Shown: positions 43,810 to 55,492 of the stretch, one piece after another | Layout: each line of letters opens with the position of its first letter | Position numbering within the stretch: position 1 is the first letter of the stretch | Position numbers and translations under genes: made by a program | Origin: Acidimicrobiia bacterium | GTDB lineage: Bacteria; Actinomycetota; Acidimicrobiia; Spongiisociales; UBA11373 | NCBI GenBank assembly: GCA_016932695.1 | Contig: JAFGCH010000081.1 | Coordinates: 15,404 to 79,403, forward strand | DNA length: 64,000 nt | Direction of reading: 5' to 3' | The notes under the pieces: model-generated | Told to the model about the DNA's origin: nothing | The model's database searches: none | The model's input: the letters and a program-made list of their open reading frames with translations, nothing else

Positions 43810-44458
43810 TGCGCAGGTTCACCTCCACCAGCAACTCGAAGGGCCCCTCAATCGTGGACACCCCCGGAGGGGCCGCCCGCAGGACGATGGTGACGATGGG
43901 GAAGTTGCACGCCGTCGCCCCCCCGCAGGACGGCACCGTGGTGCGCTCCAGCGGACTACCCGCCCACTTGCTGCCGGCGAACATGGCGGGCGTCGCCGCC
44001 ACCCGCTCCAGCAGTACCACGTCGTTGAAGGGCAAGGTCAGGTAGACCCAATTCGGCGCCGAAGCCGGGTCGGCGGCATAGCGGCGCACCCGCAACTGGC
44101 AGTACTCCCCGGCGCAGGCGGTGCGCTCGTACACGATCTTCTCGGGCCCGGGGAAGTCGTAACGGTCCGAGTAGAAGGTCAGGGCACTCTCGGCCAGGGA
44201 GGCGATGGCCGACATCGTGATTTGCGGGGCCTCGGCCGCTCGTAGTTCGGCGGCCATCTCGGTGACCACTTCCCTGGCCTGCACCTGCAGATCGGCCCGC
44301 TGCCGGGCGTCGGAGGCGTTCTGCCCCACCGCGTTGACTACCAGCACTACTGCACCCAGCACGAGGGTCGACAGGAAGGTGGCCACTCCCATCTCGACCA
44401 GGGTGAACCCCTGCTCGCCGCGAGCGGCACGCCGCAGGCGGGCGATCACGGGCACCAC
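43802..44458 (-). CDS. PilW-like minor pilin
   Basis: ...RGEQG/FTLVEMGVATFLSTLVLGAVVLVV is a class III signal, and the protein is 218 aa. Confidence 0.6.
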   Translation of the reverse strand: MVPVIARLRRAARGEQGFTLVEMGVATFLSTLVLGAVVLVVNAVGQNASDARQRADLQVQAREVVTEMAAELRAAEAPQITMSAIASLAESALTFYSDRYDFPGPEKIVYERTACAGEYCQLRVRRYAADPASAPNWVYLTLPFNDVVLLERVAATPAMFAGSKWAGSPLERTTVPSCGGATACNFPIVTIVLRAAPPGVSTIEGPFELLVEVNLRNA

Positions 44459-46014
44459 CCCCTGATCGACTTGAAGCGGTCCCGATTGGACCTCACCGAC
44501 AGGCGGCCCTCACCTTGGATCCGGCCGTTGGCCAGGCAGCGCTTGGCCACGTAGTAGTTGGCCGGGGGACCCACGAACGACGCCTCCCCTACCGAATTGG
44601 CGGGAAGCGCCGTCCAGGATTCGCTCAGCGTGCGCCGATAGACGAACTCGGCGCGCACTCCCGAACTGAGCACCCCGGTGCCCATCCCGGAAGGCCGGGT
44701 CAGCCAGAGCGCCACCCGGTCGACCTCCTCGGGATCGAAGCTAGCGGTGGCCGGTCCATGGCCCCAGGGGGTGGTGGCAGTAGCTCGGCACTCGCCGGCA
44801 ATGAGGTTGAGCACACTCCGGCCATCGGCGTCGGTCGGGCCGGTCACCGTCTGACCGCCCGGCAGCACCACCTCCACGGTGGCCCCGTTGACCGGACGGC
44901 CCGTGTTGTCGAAGACGGTGAAGGTGACCTGATGGGGAGCCGGCAGCGGGTCCTCCTCTCCGGGAGGGGTCACCGGGCTCAGGCTCACCGTCATCCGGTG
45001 GGCGGGATCGGGGTAGTCCTGAGGGATGTTGATGTACCCCGAGGTGAATGGCTCATAGCCGCTGGCCGTCACCGTCACCTCGTAGGCATCCGGGATCAGT
45101 CCGGAGACGGTGCCCACCCCGGCGGGGTAGGTGGTCTGCTGCCCACTGGGAGAGTGCCGCAGGCCGAGGGTGAAGTTGGTGATGGGCTCCTGGGTCTCCG
45201 CCGACTCGACCGTCACCACCAGGGAGGCCGGTCGGTACACCCGGAAGGCGGCCTCCCCGACCATGCCGATGCGCGCCTCCACCACGTTCTTACTCGCCAG
45301 CACATCGTCGGGATGGATGAGCCAGCCGGCGGCGTCGTCGGTCTGCACCGTCCACGTCCCCACCGTGATCGCCGGGAAGACCTGCACGGCATCGTGGGTG
45401 CCGGAACGGATCTCCGGCAAAGGGGGGCCGACGAGCTTCAGCGAGGGCAACTGCTGCTCACTGGGGGCGAAGGGCTCATGGGGGGCGATGGTGACCCGCA
45501 CGCTGGCCACCCCGTCGAGAGCTCCGATCCTCTCCGGGGCGATGATGGCGTCCATGATCACCGGCTGAGCTCCGGGGCTCAGCGGGGTCACCGACACCGT
45601 CACCACCTTGTAGTTCACCCCCGGGTCCCACACCCCAGGAGCTCCGTCGCCGCCGCCGGGCACGATGTCCAGTCCGGTGAGCGACCCGGCATAGCGCACC
45701 TCCACCTCGACGGTGTAGCGGTGGCCGGACATGTCCACCGTACGGGTCGGATCGAGCACCCCCGACGGCGTCAGCCCCGGCAGTCCGACGTCGTCGTAGG
45801 GCAGCGCCCGGATGGCCTCCATCTCCGATTGGGCCAGCTTCTCCGCCGCCGACACGTCTTCCGAGGCGCGGATGCTGTTTAGTGATGCCATGAGGGGTTG
45901 GATGCTCAAGATGAGGGCGATCGCCAGGATGGTGACCGCCACCATCGACTCCACTACACCGAAGCCGCCGTCGGCCGAACGCCGTCGGCACGTCAAAGCA
46001 GATCGCATGAGCAC
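44446..46014 (-). CDS. PilV-like minor pilin with a large C-terminal extension (522 aa)
   Basis: ...ADGG/FGVVESMVAVTILAIALILSI is a class III signal. The C-terminus has Ig-like/beta-sandwich-looking repeats (TVEVVLPGGQTVTGPTDADGRSV). Confidence 0.6.
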   Translation of the reverse strand: MLMRSALTCRRRSADGGFGVVESMVAVTILAIALILSIQPLMASLNSIRASEDVSAAEKLAQSEMEAIRALPYDDVGLPGLTPSGVLDPTRTVDMSGHRYTVEVEVRYAGSLTGLDIVPGGGDGAPGVWDPGVNYKVVTVSVTPLSPGAQPVIMDAIIAPERIGALDGVASVRVTIAPHEPFAPSEQQLPSLKLVGPPLPEIRSGTHDAVQVFPAITVGTWTVQTDDAAGWLIHPDDVLASKNVVEARIGMVGEAAFRVYRPASLVVTVESAETQEPITNFTLGLRHSPSGQQTTYPAGVGTVSGLIPDAYEVTVTASGYEPFTSGYINIPQDYPDPAHRMTVSLSPVTPPGEEDPLPAPHQVTFTVFDNTGRPVNGATVEVVLPGGQTVTGPTDADGRSVLNLIAGECRATATTPWGHGPATASFDPEEVDRVALWLTRPSGMGTGVLSSGVRAEFVYRRTLSESWTALPANSVGEASFVGPPANYYVAKRCLANGRIQGEGRLSVRSNRDRFKSIRGWCP

Positions 46015-46091
46015 TACTCTCGGTAGCCAACTTGCATACCTTGAGTAGTTCCCGTGCCTTCGGCCTCACCCGGCGGGCGCCGAATTCGGCC

Positions 46092-48284
46092 TCAATCGGC
46101 CCCGGGGAACACCTGCCGGGCCTCGTAGACCCCCTCCACCCCGCGCACCTCGGCCAGAGCCCGGGCCAGGTCGTCCCGGGCCGACACTTCCACCTGGAAG
46201 CGGAGCACGGCGGTGCGCTCCCGCGTCAGGCGGGAAGAGGAGGCGGTGATGTCCAGACCGGTATCCCCCAGTGCCGAAGTCACGTCGCGCAGCAGGCGAG
46301 GCCGGTCCAGCGCCTCCACCTGGATCCAGACGGGGAAGGTGCCGGCTTGCTCCACCCCCCACTCCACCTCGACCATGCGCTCCACCCCCAGCGCCCCTAT
46401 GTTGGTGCAGTCGGCCCGGTGCACCGAGACCCCGCGGCCCACCGTTACGAAACCGACGATGTCGTCGCCGGGGACGGGGGCACAGCACCTGGCCAGCCGC
46501 ACCCACATGTCTTCCAGGCCCTCCACGATGATGCCCTTGCCCAGGGGCCGTTCCCGGGCCGGGGCCGGCAACTCGAAGCCCTCGGCCGGCTCCTCGGGCA
46601 TCTCGGCCTGGGGCCGCACCAGCCGCACCAGGCGGGCCACCACCGTGGCCGCCTGAGCCGAGCCGTCCCCTACTGCCTGGTAGAGGCTCTCCAGGTCGTG
46701 AAAGCCGAGCGACTCCGCCACCTGGGTCATCGCCTCGTCGCGCGCGGCCGCGCTCAGCCCCAGGCCCTCGCGCCGCAGCAATCGGGCCACTTGCTCCCGG
46801 CCCTCGGCCACCGCTACCTCGCGCCGCTCCCGCAGGAACCACTGCCGGATCTTGGCAGCCGCCCGGGTGGTGCGCACAAAGCCGAGCCAGTCGCGGCTGG
46901 GCCCGTGGTCCTCGGAACGAGAGGTCAGGATCTCCACGATATCCCCCGACTCGAGCCGGGTGCTGAGAGGCACCAGCCGCCCGTTGACCCGGGCCCCGGT
47001 GCAGCGGTGCCCCACCTCGGTGTGCACTGCATAAGCCAGGTCCACCGGGGTAGCCCCGCGCGGCAGGCTCTTGACGTCGCCCTTGGGGGTCAGCACGAAC
47101 ACCTCGTCCTGGTACAGGTCCAGCTTCAGGTTGGCCAGGAACTCCTCTGGGTTCTCGTACTCGTGGGGTAGGGCGCTGATGGAGCGCACCCCCTCGACGT
47201 CCTCGGGAGGCGTGCCCTCCTTGTAGACCCAGTGGGCGGCGATGCCCCGCTCCGCCCGCTCGTGCATCTCCTCGGTGCGGATCTGCACCTCGATCGGCTT
47301 GCGGTCGGGGCCCAGCACCGTGGTGTGCAGGCTCTGGTAGAGGTTGAACTTGGGCATGGCGATGTAGTCCTTGAACCGCCCCTGCACCGGCGGCCAGTGG
47401 GTGTGCACCAAGCCCAAGGCGGCGTAGCAGTCCGCCACCCGCTTGGTGATGACGCGGATGCCGATGAGGTCGTGGATCTCCTCGAAGCTGCGGCCGGCAT
47501 CGACCATCTTGCGGTAGATGGAGTAAGCGTGCTTGGGCCGCCCGGTCACCACGGCGACGATGTGCTCCTCGGCCAGCAGGCGCTCCACCTCGGCGATGAA
47601 CTCCTCGATGTAGGCGTCCCGCTTGGAGGCCCGAGTCCGCAGCAGCTCCTGGATCTCGGCGTGGCGCGGCGGGTAGAGGATGGCGAAGCAGCGGTCCTCG
47701 AGCTCGTGCTTGATGCGCTGCACCCCGAGTCGGTGAGCCAATGGGGCATAGATGTCCAGGGTCTGGGCGGCGATGCGCAGCTGCTTCTCCACCGGCAGGG
47801 CGTGCAAGGTGCGCACGTTGTGCAGGCGGTCGGCCAGCTTGATCAACAGCACCCGCACGTCGCGAGCCATGGCAATGACCATCTTGCGGATCGTGGCCGC
47901 CTGGGCTTCCTCGAGGTTGCTGAAGCGGATGCGGTCGAGCTTGGTAACCCCATCGATGAGGTCGGCCACCGTGTCGCCGAACTCCGCCCGCACCTCGTCG
48001 AGGGTGAGGTCGCTGTCCTCGAGGGCGTCGTGCAGCAGGGCGGCCGCCACGGTCTCGGCATCGAGCCCGTACCCCGCCAGGATGCGAGCCACGGCCAGGG
48101 GGTGAGTGATGTAGGGGTCGCCGGTGCGGCGCAGCTGGCCCCGGTGGGCCCGGGCCGCAACCGCATAGGCCCGAAGCAGCAGCCCGGTGTCCCCGTGCGG
48201 GAAGTGACGGCGGAACTCGGCCAGGACGGGCTCGAGCTCCGCGACGTCGGCGGCGTCGACTGCGGCAGGTTCGGGGTCGGTCAT
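46092..48284 (-). CDS. relA: Bifunctional (p)ppGpp synthetase/hydrolase RelA/SpoT family
   Basis: HD hydrolase domain (HRGQLRRTGDPYITHPLAVA...LLHDALED), synthetase domain, TGS and ACT regions, and a length of 730 aa. Confidence 0.9.
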   Translation of the reverse strand: MTDPEPAAVDAADVAELEPVLAEFRRHFPHGDTGLLLRAYAVAARAHRGQLRRTGDPYITHPLAVARILAGYGLDAETVAAALLHDALEDSDLTLDEVRAEFGDTVADLIDGVTKLDRIRFSNLEEAQAATIRKMVIAMARDVRVLLIKLADRLHNVRTLHALPVEKQLRIAAQTLDIYAPLAHRLGVQRIKHELEDRCFAILYPPRHAEIQELLRTRASKRDAYIEEFIAEVERLLAEEHIVAVVTGRPKHAYSIYRKMVDAGRSFEEIHDLIGIRVITKRVADCYAALGLVHTHWPPVQGRFKDYIAMPKFNLYQSLHTTVLGPDRKPIEVQIRTEEMHERAERGIAAHWVYKEGTPPEDVEGVRSISALPHEYENPEEFLANLKLDLYQDEVFVLTPKGDVKSLPRGATPVDLAYAVHTEVGHRCTGARVNGRLVPLSTRLESGDIVEILTSRSEDHGPSRDWLGFVRTTRAAAKIRQWFLRERREVAVAEGREQVARLLRREGLGLSAAARDEAMTQVAESLGFHDLESLYQAVGDGSAQAATVVARLVRLVRPQAEMPEEPAEGFELPAPARERPLGKGIIVEGLEDMWVRLARCCAPVPGDDIVGFVTVGRGVSVHRADCTNIGALGVERMVEVEWGVEQAGTFPVWIQVEALDRPRLLRDVTSALGDTGLDITASSSRLTRERTAVLRFQVEVSARDDLARALAEVRGVEGVYEARQVFPGAD

Positions 48285-48395
48285 CTTCCCTTACCCTCTC
48301 GACCCCGGGGCAGGGCTGGACCGGTGGCCGTCGGCAACGGCATCATCACGAGATTGTACGCCGGGCCGGCCGGGCGGCTTCCGGGGCGCAGGGCT

Positions 48396-49466
48396 TCAGC
48401 GGTGGCGGCGCCGCTTGCGCGGGGGGCGAGGCACCGCCCCGGTAGCGGTAGGCAGCGCGGCAGCCGCCTCTCCCTCGGGTATCACTTCCAATTCCCGCGC
48501 CGCGAACTCATCTTCGGCGCCCTTGCGGCCCAGGCGCCGCCGGATGCGCTGCCAATGCTCCTCGCGCTCCTTCCACACCGCTACCAGCGGCGAACCGAGG
48601 AACATCGAGGAGTAGGTGCCGGCAGCGACGCCGACGAAGAGCCCCAGAGCGAACTCCCGCAGGGTGGCGGCCCCGAGCAGCAGCGACCCCACGAAGAGCA
48701 GGCTGCCCACCGGGAGGAGCGTGGTCAGGGAGGTGTTGATGGAGCGCATCAGTACCTGGTTCACCGACATGTTCACCAGAGCGGAAATGGTGTGTCGGTC
48801 GCCGCGTTCGGCCACGTTCTCGTGAACCTTGTCGAAGACCACCACCGTGTCGTACAGCGAGTAGCCGAGGATGGTCAGGACGGCGATGACCGTGGCCGGG
48901 GTGACCTCGAAGCCCACCAGCGAATAGATGCCCGCGGTGAGCACCAGGTCGTGCAGCACCTCGAGCAGGGCGATCAGCGCCATGCGCCACTCCAGGCGCC
49001 ACCAGAGGAACACCGCGACCACGATGAGGAACACCACTAGGGCGCGCACCGCCGACTCGGTGACCTGGCGGCCGAAGGTGGGCCCCACCGTCTGGTAGCT
49101 GACCTGGTTGAGGTCGGTGACGCCGGCCACCGCCGCCACCGTGGCGATGAGCTCGTCCTGGGCCTCTTCCGTCAGCTCACCGGTCTGCACCCTCACGCCC
49201 GCCCCGCCCCCGGTGACCTGCACGCGAGCCGCGGCCTGCCCGATACCGGCGAGGACGTTGCGGACGTCGGCCACACTCGCCCCGGCGGGGTTGTCGCACT
49301 CCACCAACGACCCGCCTACGAAGTCCACGCTCAGGTTGAGCCCACGGATACCGAGAGCGAGGGCGGAGATCAGCACCAATACGGCGGACAGGGCGAACCA
49401 CCAGCGGCGGCGGCCCACGAAATCGAAATGGGTCTGGCCGTGGTACAGACGCCGGAGCAAGCTCAC
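48396..49466 (-). CDS. secF: Protein translocase subunit SecF
   Basis: N-terminal TM, SecD/SecF C-terminal 6-TM domain, and adjacency to secD. Confidence 0.9.
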   Translation of the reverse strand: MSLLRRLYHGQTHFDFVGRRRWWFALSAVLVLISALALGIRGLNLSVDFVGGSLVECDNPAGASVADVRNVLAGIGQAAARVQVTGGGAGVRVQTGELTEEAQDELIATVAAVAGVTDLNQVSYQTVGPTFGRQVTESAVRALVVFLIVVAVFLWWRLEWRMALIALLEVLHDLVLTAGIYSLVGFEVTPATVIAVLTILGYSLYDTVVVFDKVHENVAERGDRHTISALVNMSVNQVLMRSINTSLTTLLPVGSLLFVGSLLLGAATLREFALGLFVGVAAGTYSSMFLGSPLVAVWKEREEHWQRIRRRLGRKGAEDEFAARELEVIPEGEAAAALPTATGAVPRPPRKRRRHR

Positions 49467-51199
49467 TTCCCCGCCTCCCCGGGTAGCACGATGGCTTCCT
49501 TGGCCACCCCGGCGGCACCGCGGATGCTGAACCGCCCGCCCTCACCCCAGCGGGTGAAGCCGGCCAGGGCCACCGCCGGGCGGGTGAAGAAGAAGGCCAC
49601 CACCAGGTCGGTCACGGTGGCGATGCCCAGAGCCAGGGCGAACCCCTTCACCGACCCCACTGCCAGGATGAAAAGCAGGATGGCCGCCGCCAGCGACACC
49701 GTGTCGGCGGTCAGCATGGTGCGGAAAGCCCGCCGGAAGGCGTGATCGACGGCGGCCCGCATCGATCGGCCGGCGCGGACCTCCTCCTTGATGCGCTCGT
49801 AGTAGACGATGTAGGAATCGGAAGTGATACCGATGGACACGATGATGCCCGCCACGCCGGCCAGGGTCAGGCTCACCCCCTGGTAGCGGCCCAGCAGAGC
49901 GAACACCGTGAGCACCAGCGACCCGAACACGGTGAGGCCGACGACGGCGATGAGGCCCAGGGCGCGGTAATAGAGGAGCAGGGCCAGCGCCACCAGGGCC
50001 AGGCCGCCGAGGCCCGCGATCAACCCGGCACGCAGCGAGTCGGATCCCAGGGTGGCCGAGATCGACTCGACCGTCGGCTGGGAGAAGACCACCGGCAGGG
50101 CGCCGTAACGCAGCACCACCGCCAGGTCGCGAGCCGCCTGTTCGGGGTTGCCCGCCGTGCCCATAGTGATGACGGCCCGCCCCCCGGCGATCCCCTCCTC
50201 CGCACTGACTTCCTCATCCATCTGCGGGGCGGATTGCACCACCGCGTCGAGCACGATGGCGAAGCGCCGGCGCGGGTCGCCCAGGCTGTAGGAGGCCAGT
50301 TCCTTGGTGACGTCCTGGAACTTGATGGCGCCTTCGGCGTTGAAGTCCAGCATCACCACCCACTGGCCAACTCCACCGGTGCTCACCCCGAAGGGCACCC
50401 CGGTGCCCGACGCCCCCTGCTGGATGAACCCGGCCTCGGCGTCCGCCAGATCGCTGCCCAGCACCCGGGCCGGCGCCAGATGGAAGACCTCCCCGGTATC
50501 GGGATCTCCCAGCCAGGCCTCCTTGGTCGGGTCATCGCTCAGGGTTATCGCCGTGGTGCCGTCGACACACCCGGGCTGCAGAACCAGGTCCTGAGCCGGG
50601 TCGCAGATGCTGATGCCCGGAGGCAGCACCGGGGTGAGGTCGGGGGGCTCCGGAGCCGCCGTCGTCGTCGTGGTTTCGACGGCCGAAGTGGTCGTGGTCT
50701 CCCCGGCCGCCGTCGTGGTGGTGGCCCCGTCGGTCCCGGTGGTGGTCGTCGTCTCGCCGGGCACGGTGGTGCTGGTGGTCGTCGTGGTCGTGGTGGACTG
50801 CTCGTATTCGATGGCGTCGAGCAGCAGCGGGCTGGCGCCGAACTGGCTCACCTCGATCACCGGTCGGAAGGCCAACTGACCGATGGTGCCTACTGCCTCG
50901 AGCGCCCGGTCCGGGTCGGTGACTCCGGGTAGCTGCACCTCGATGCTGCGCAGGCCGGTCACCGCGATCTCGGGCTCCTGCACCCGGCCCAGGGCTTCGA
51001 CGCGCCGGCGCATGATCTCGACGGCCTTGTCCAGCACCTCGGGGTCGGTACCCGGTGGGGCTTCGAGCAGCACCGAGAGCCCACCCTGGAGGTCCAGGCC
51101 GAGACGCGGGGTGGTGCCCAATGCCTGGGTGACGATGAGAGAGCCCCAGGCCACCACCACAGTGACGAGCAGGGTAATCAGCGCGCCGCGCCGGGACAT
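49463..51199 (-). CDS. secD: Protein translocase subunit SecD with a Thr-rich insertion in the periplasmic domain; the real start is the internal MSRRGALI
   Basis: SecD TM1, a periplasmic head with an inserted STTTTTTTSTTVPGETTTTTG...ETTTTSAVETTTTT linker, and the C-terminal 6-TM SecDF domain. Confidence 0.85.
   Translation of the reverse strand: MSRRGALITLLVTVVVAWGSLIVTQALGTTPRLGLDLQGGLSVLLEAPPGTDPEVLDKAVEIMRRRVEALGRVQEPEIAVTGLRSIEVQLPGVTDPDRALEAVGTIGQLAFRPVIEVSQFGASPLLLDAIEYEQSTTTTTTTSTTVPGETTTTTGTDGATTTTAAGETTTTSAVETTTTTAAPEPPDLTPVLPPGISICDPAQDLVLQPGCVDGTTAITLSDDPTKEAWLGDPDTGEVFHLAPARVLGSDLADAEAGFIQQGASGTGVPFGVSTGGVGQWVVMLDFNAEGAIKFQDVTKELASYSLGDPRRRFAIVLDAVVQSAPQMDEEVSAEEGIAGGRAVITMGTAGNPEQAARDLAVVLRYGALPVVFSQPTVESISATLGSDSLRAGLIAGLGGLALVALALLLYYRALGLIAVVGLTVFGSLVLTVFALLGRYQGVSLTLAGVAGIIVSIGITSDSYIVYYERIKEEVRAGRSMRAAVDHAFRRAFRTMLTADTVSLAAAILLFILAVGSVKGFALALGIATVTDLVVAFFFTRPAVALAGFTRWGEGGRFSIRGAAGVAKEAIVLPGEAGK
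50630..50810 (-). repeat. Low-complexity Thr-codon repeat inside secD (encodes the poly-Thr linker)
   Basis: Plus-strand runs of gtcgtc/gtggtg (the complement of ACC/ACG Thr codons) are visible directly. Confidence 0.5.
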
Positions 51200-51206
51200 G
51201 GCCGCA

Positions 51207-51650
51207 TCAGCCCTTCGGTCGCACCTTGTTGGACAGGGCGCGCCGAGCCACCCGGATCTTGCCCCCGCCTTCGACCTGAAGCACCGCGGTGTCGGTCTCC
51301 TCGTCGAAGTACTCGATGCGGCCGTAGATGCCCCCGATGGTCTGCACCTCGTCGCCGACACCGAGAGAGGACTGCAGTTCCTGCTGCCGCCGCTGGCGGG
51401 TCCGCTGCGGCCGCACGAGGAGGAAGTAGAAGAGCCCGCCGATGACTACGGCGTACATCACGATGGTGATGATCATGCTGCTGCCGGAGGTCCCTCCGTC
51501 GGCCGCGGTGGTCCCCGTCGTGTCGCCGACCGCGGTGGTGGAGCTGCTCTCCTGAGGCACACAAGCCGCGCCGAGCAGAGCCACGGCGACGATGAGGGCG
51601 AAGACACCCAGGCGGCGGACGAGGGCCCGGGCACGGCTCTTTGACATCAT
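51207..51650 (-). CDS. yajC: Preprotein translocase subunit YajC with an N-terminal extension (extra hydrophobic segment plus Thr/Gly-rich linker); the start is uncertain (51650 or internal 51476)
   Basis: YajC core MIITIVMYAVVIGGLFYFLLVRPQRTRQRRQQELQSSLGVGDEVQTIGGIYGRI, preceded in-frame by MMSKSRARALVRRLGVFALIVAVALLGAACVPQESSSTTAVGDTTGTTAADGGTSGSS. Confidence 0.65.
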   Translation of the reverse strand: MMSKSRARALVRRLGVFALIVAVALLGAACVPQESSSTTAVGDTTGTTAADGGTSGSSMIITIVMYAVVIGGLFYFLLVRPQRTRQRRQQELQSSLGVGDEVQTIGGIYGRIEYFDEETDTAVLQVEGGGKIRVARRALSNKVRPKG

Positions 51651-51702
51651 TCCTCCGAGGACGGTGACGGCCACGGCGCCCGCCAACGGGGCACGGGCCG
51701 CA

Positions 51703-53843
<2,141 letters not shown>

Positions 53844-53897
53844 GGGCCTCCAGTTTGGATGCCGGGCCCTCCGGGCGCCAGCCGAGCCGGGCCGGGT

Positions 53898-54923
53898 CTA
53901 CAGCAAGGTCGCCTGGGCGCCGGGAGGCGGGGGCTCCAGGCCTAAGTGGCGGTAGGTCAGGGCCGTCGCTATCCGGCCTCGCGGGGTGCGCTGCAGCAGG
54001 CCCTGCTGCAGCAGGAAGGGCTCGTAGGCATCCTCGACCGTCTCCGGTTCCTCCCCCACCGCTATGGCGAGGGTGGACAGGCCCACCGGCCCGCCCCCGA
54101 ACTTGCCCACCACCGCCTCGAGGATGGCCCGGTCGACCCGGTCCAGGCCGGCCCGGTCGACCTCGAAGACCTCCAGGGCCCGGCGTGCCGTGGCCTCGTC
54201 CACCCGGCCCTCGGCGCGCACCGCGGCGAAGTCGCGCACCCGCCGCAGCAGCCGGTTCGCCACCCGCGGGGTCCCGCGGCTGCGAGTGGCGATCTCTCGC
54301 CTGCCTCCGGCATCGACGGCAATCCCCAGGATGCCGGCCGATCGACCCACCACCGCATCCAGTTCCCCGGGCGGGTAGTAGTCCAAACGCGCCAGGTAGC
54401 CGAAGCGGTCACGCAACGGGGCCGACACCCGGCCCACCCGGGTCGTGGCCCCGATCAGGGTGAAGCCGGGGAGCGGCAGGCGAATGGAGCGCGCCCCAGG
54501 CCCCTTGCCCACCACCACATCGAGCTGAAAGTCCTCCATGGCCGAGTAGAGGACCTCCTCCACCGCCCTCGGCAGACGGTGGATCTCGTCGATGAACATC
54601 ACATCGCCCTGCTCCAGGTTCGAGAGGATGGCCGCCAGGTCGCCCGCCCGCTCGAGGGCGGGCCCCGCCGTGGAGCGGAACTGGGCGTTCATCGATGCGG
54701 CGACGATGGCCGCCATCGTCGTCTTGCCCAGCCCCGGGGGGCCGGAGAAGAGCAGGTGATCCACCGGCTCCTGCCGTTCCGCCGCCGCTTCGATGAGGAT
54801 GGTGAGGCGTTCCTTGAGCTCCGCCTGCCCCACGAAGTCCTCCATGCGTCGCGGCCGGAGGCCGGCCTCGAACGCCGCCTCGTCGGGTTGCTGGGACCCC
54901 GATAGCAGGCCTTCGTCTCTCAT
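53898..54923 (-). CDS. ruvB: Holliday junction branch migration ATPase RuvB
   Basis: LLFSGPPGLGKTT, IDEIHRL, and a winged-helix C-terminus. Confidence 0.9.
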   Translation of the reverse strand: MRDEGLLSGSQQPDEAAFEAGLRPRRMEDFVGQAELKERLTILIEAAAERQEPVDHLLFSGPPGLGKTTMAAIVAASMNAQFRSTAGPALERAGDLAAILSNLEQGDVMFIDEIHRLPRAVEEVLYSAMEDFQLDVVVGKGPGARSIRLPLPGFTLIGATTRVGRVSAPLRDRFGYLARLDYYPPGELDAVVGRSAGILGIAVDAGGRREIATRSRGTPRVANRLLRRVRDFAAVRAEGRVDEATARRALEVFEVDRAGLDRVDRAILEAVVGKFGGGPVGLSTLAIAVGEEPETVEDAYEPFLLQQGLLQRTPRGRIATALTYRHLGLEPPPPGAQATLL

Positions 54924-55492
54924 CGCTTCCCCAGGCGTTGCAGGGCGGCCCGCAGCAAGCCCTCGACCTCGCCGTCGGCGGCGAGGCCCTCCAGGGCCTG
55001 GCGGATCTCGGCCGGCTGGTAGCCGAGGCCTTCGAGAGCGCCCCGCACCTCGGCCAGGCTGCCGGCGCCGGGGATCTCCAGCAGATCGGGCATCTCGAAG
55101 CGGGCGCGGAGGTCGAGGATGAGCCGCTGTGCCGTCCGCTTGCCCACCCCGGGCACCATGGTCAGGGTGTCGGCGTCGGCGGTGACCACGGCGCGTCGCA
55201 GCTCCGCGGGGCGCAGCGTGCCCAGGATCGCCAGAGCCAGCCGCGGGCCCACGCCGTTGGCCCCCAACAACAGCCGGAAGAGGTCCCGCTCCTCGGCAGT
55301 AGCGAACCCGAAGAGCGACATGCCGTCCTCACGCAGGTGGAGGTGGGTGTAGACCACCACCGGCTCGCCTACCGCAGGCAGGTCGGCCAGGGCCCGCGGG
55401 GGCATGGCCACCTCGAAGCCCACACCGCCGACGTCCAGGAGCGTCCCCTCGGCCCCCATGGCGGCCACCGTACCGCGCAGGCGGCCGATCAT
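54920..55492 (-). CDS. ruvA: Holliday junction DNA helicase RuvA; the real start is the internal MIGRLRG
   Basis: MIGRLRGTV...GVGFEV...LFGF....ER.LF..L....GVGP..AL.IL and the HhH motifs. Confidence 0.85.
   Translation of the reverse strand: MIGRLRGTVAAMGAEGTLLDVGGVGFEVAMPPRALADLPAVGEPVVVYTHLHLREDGMSLFGFATAEERDLFRLLLGANGVGPRLALAILGTLRPAELRRAVVTADADTLTMVPGVGKRTAQRLILDLRARFEMPDLLEIPGAGSLAEVRGALEGLGYQPAEIRQALEGLAADGEVEGLLRAALQRLGKR

Noticed and set aside
41842-43893. 683-aa plus-strand ORF across the minor-pilin region
   Set aside because: It is antisense to the PilX-like and large prepilin genes. It has no prepilin signal or other features, whereas the minus-strand frames carry class III signal peptides.
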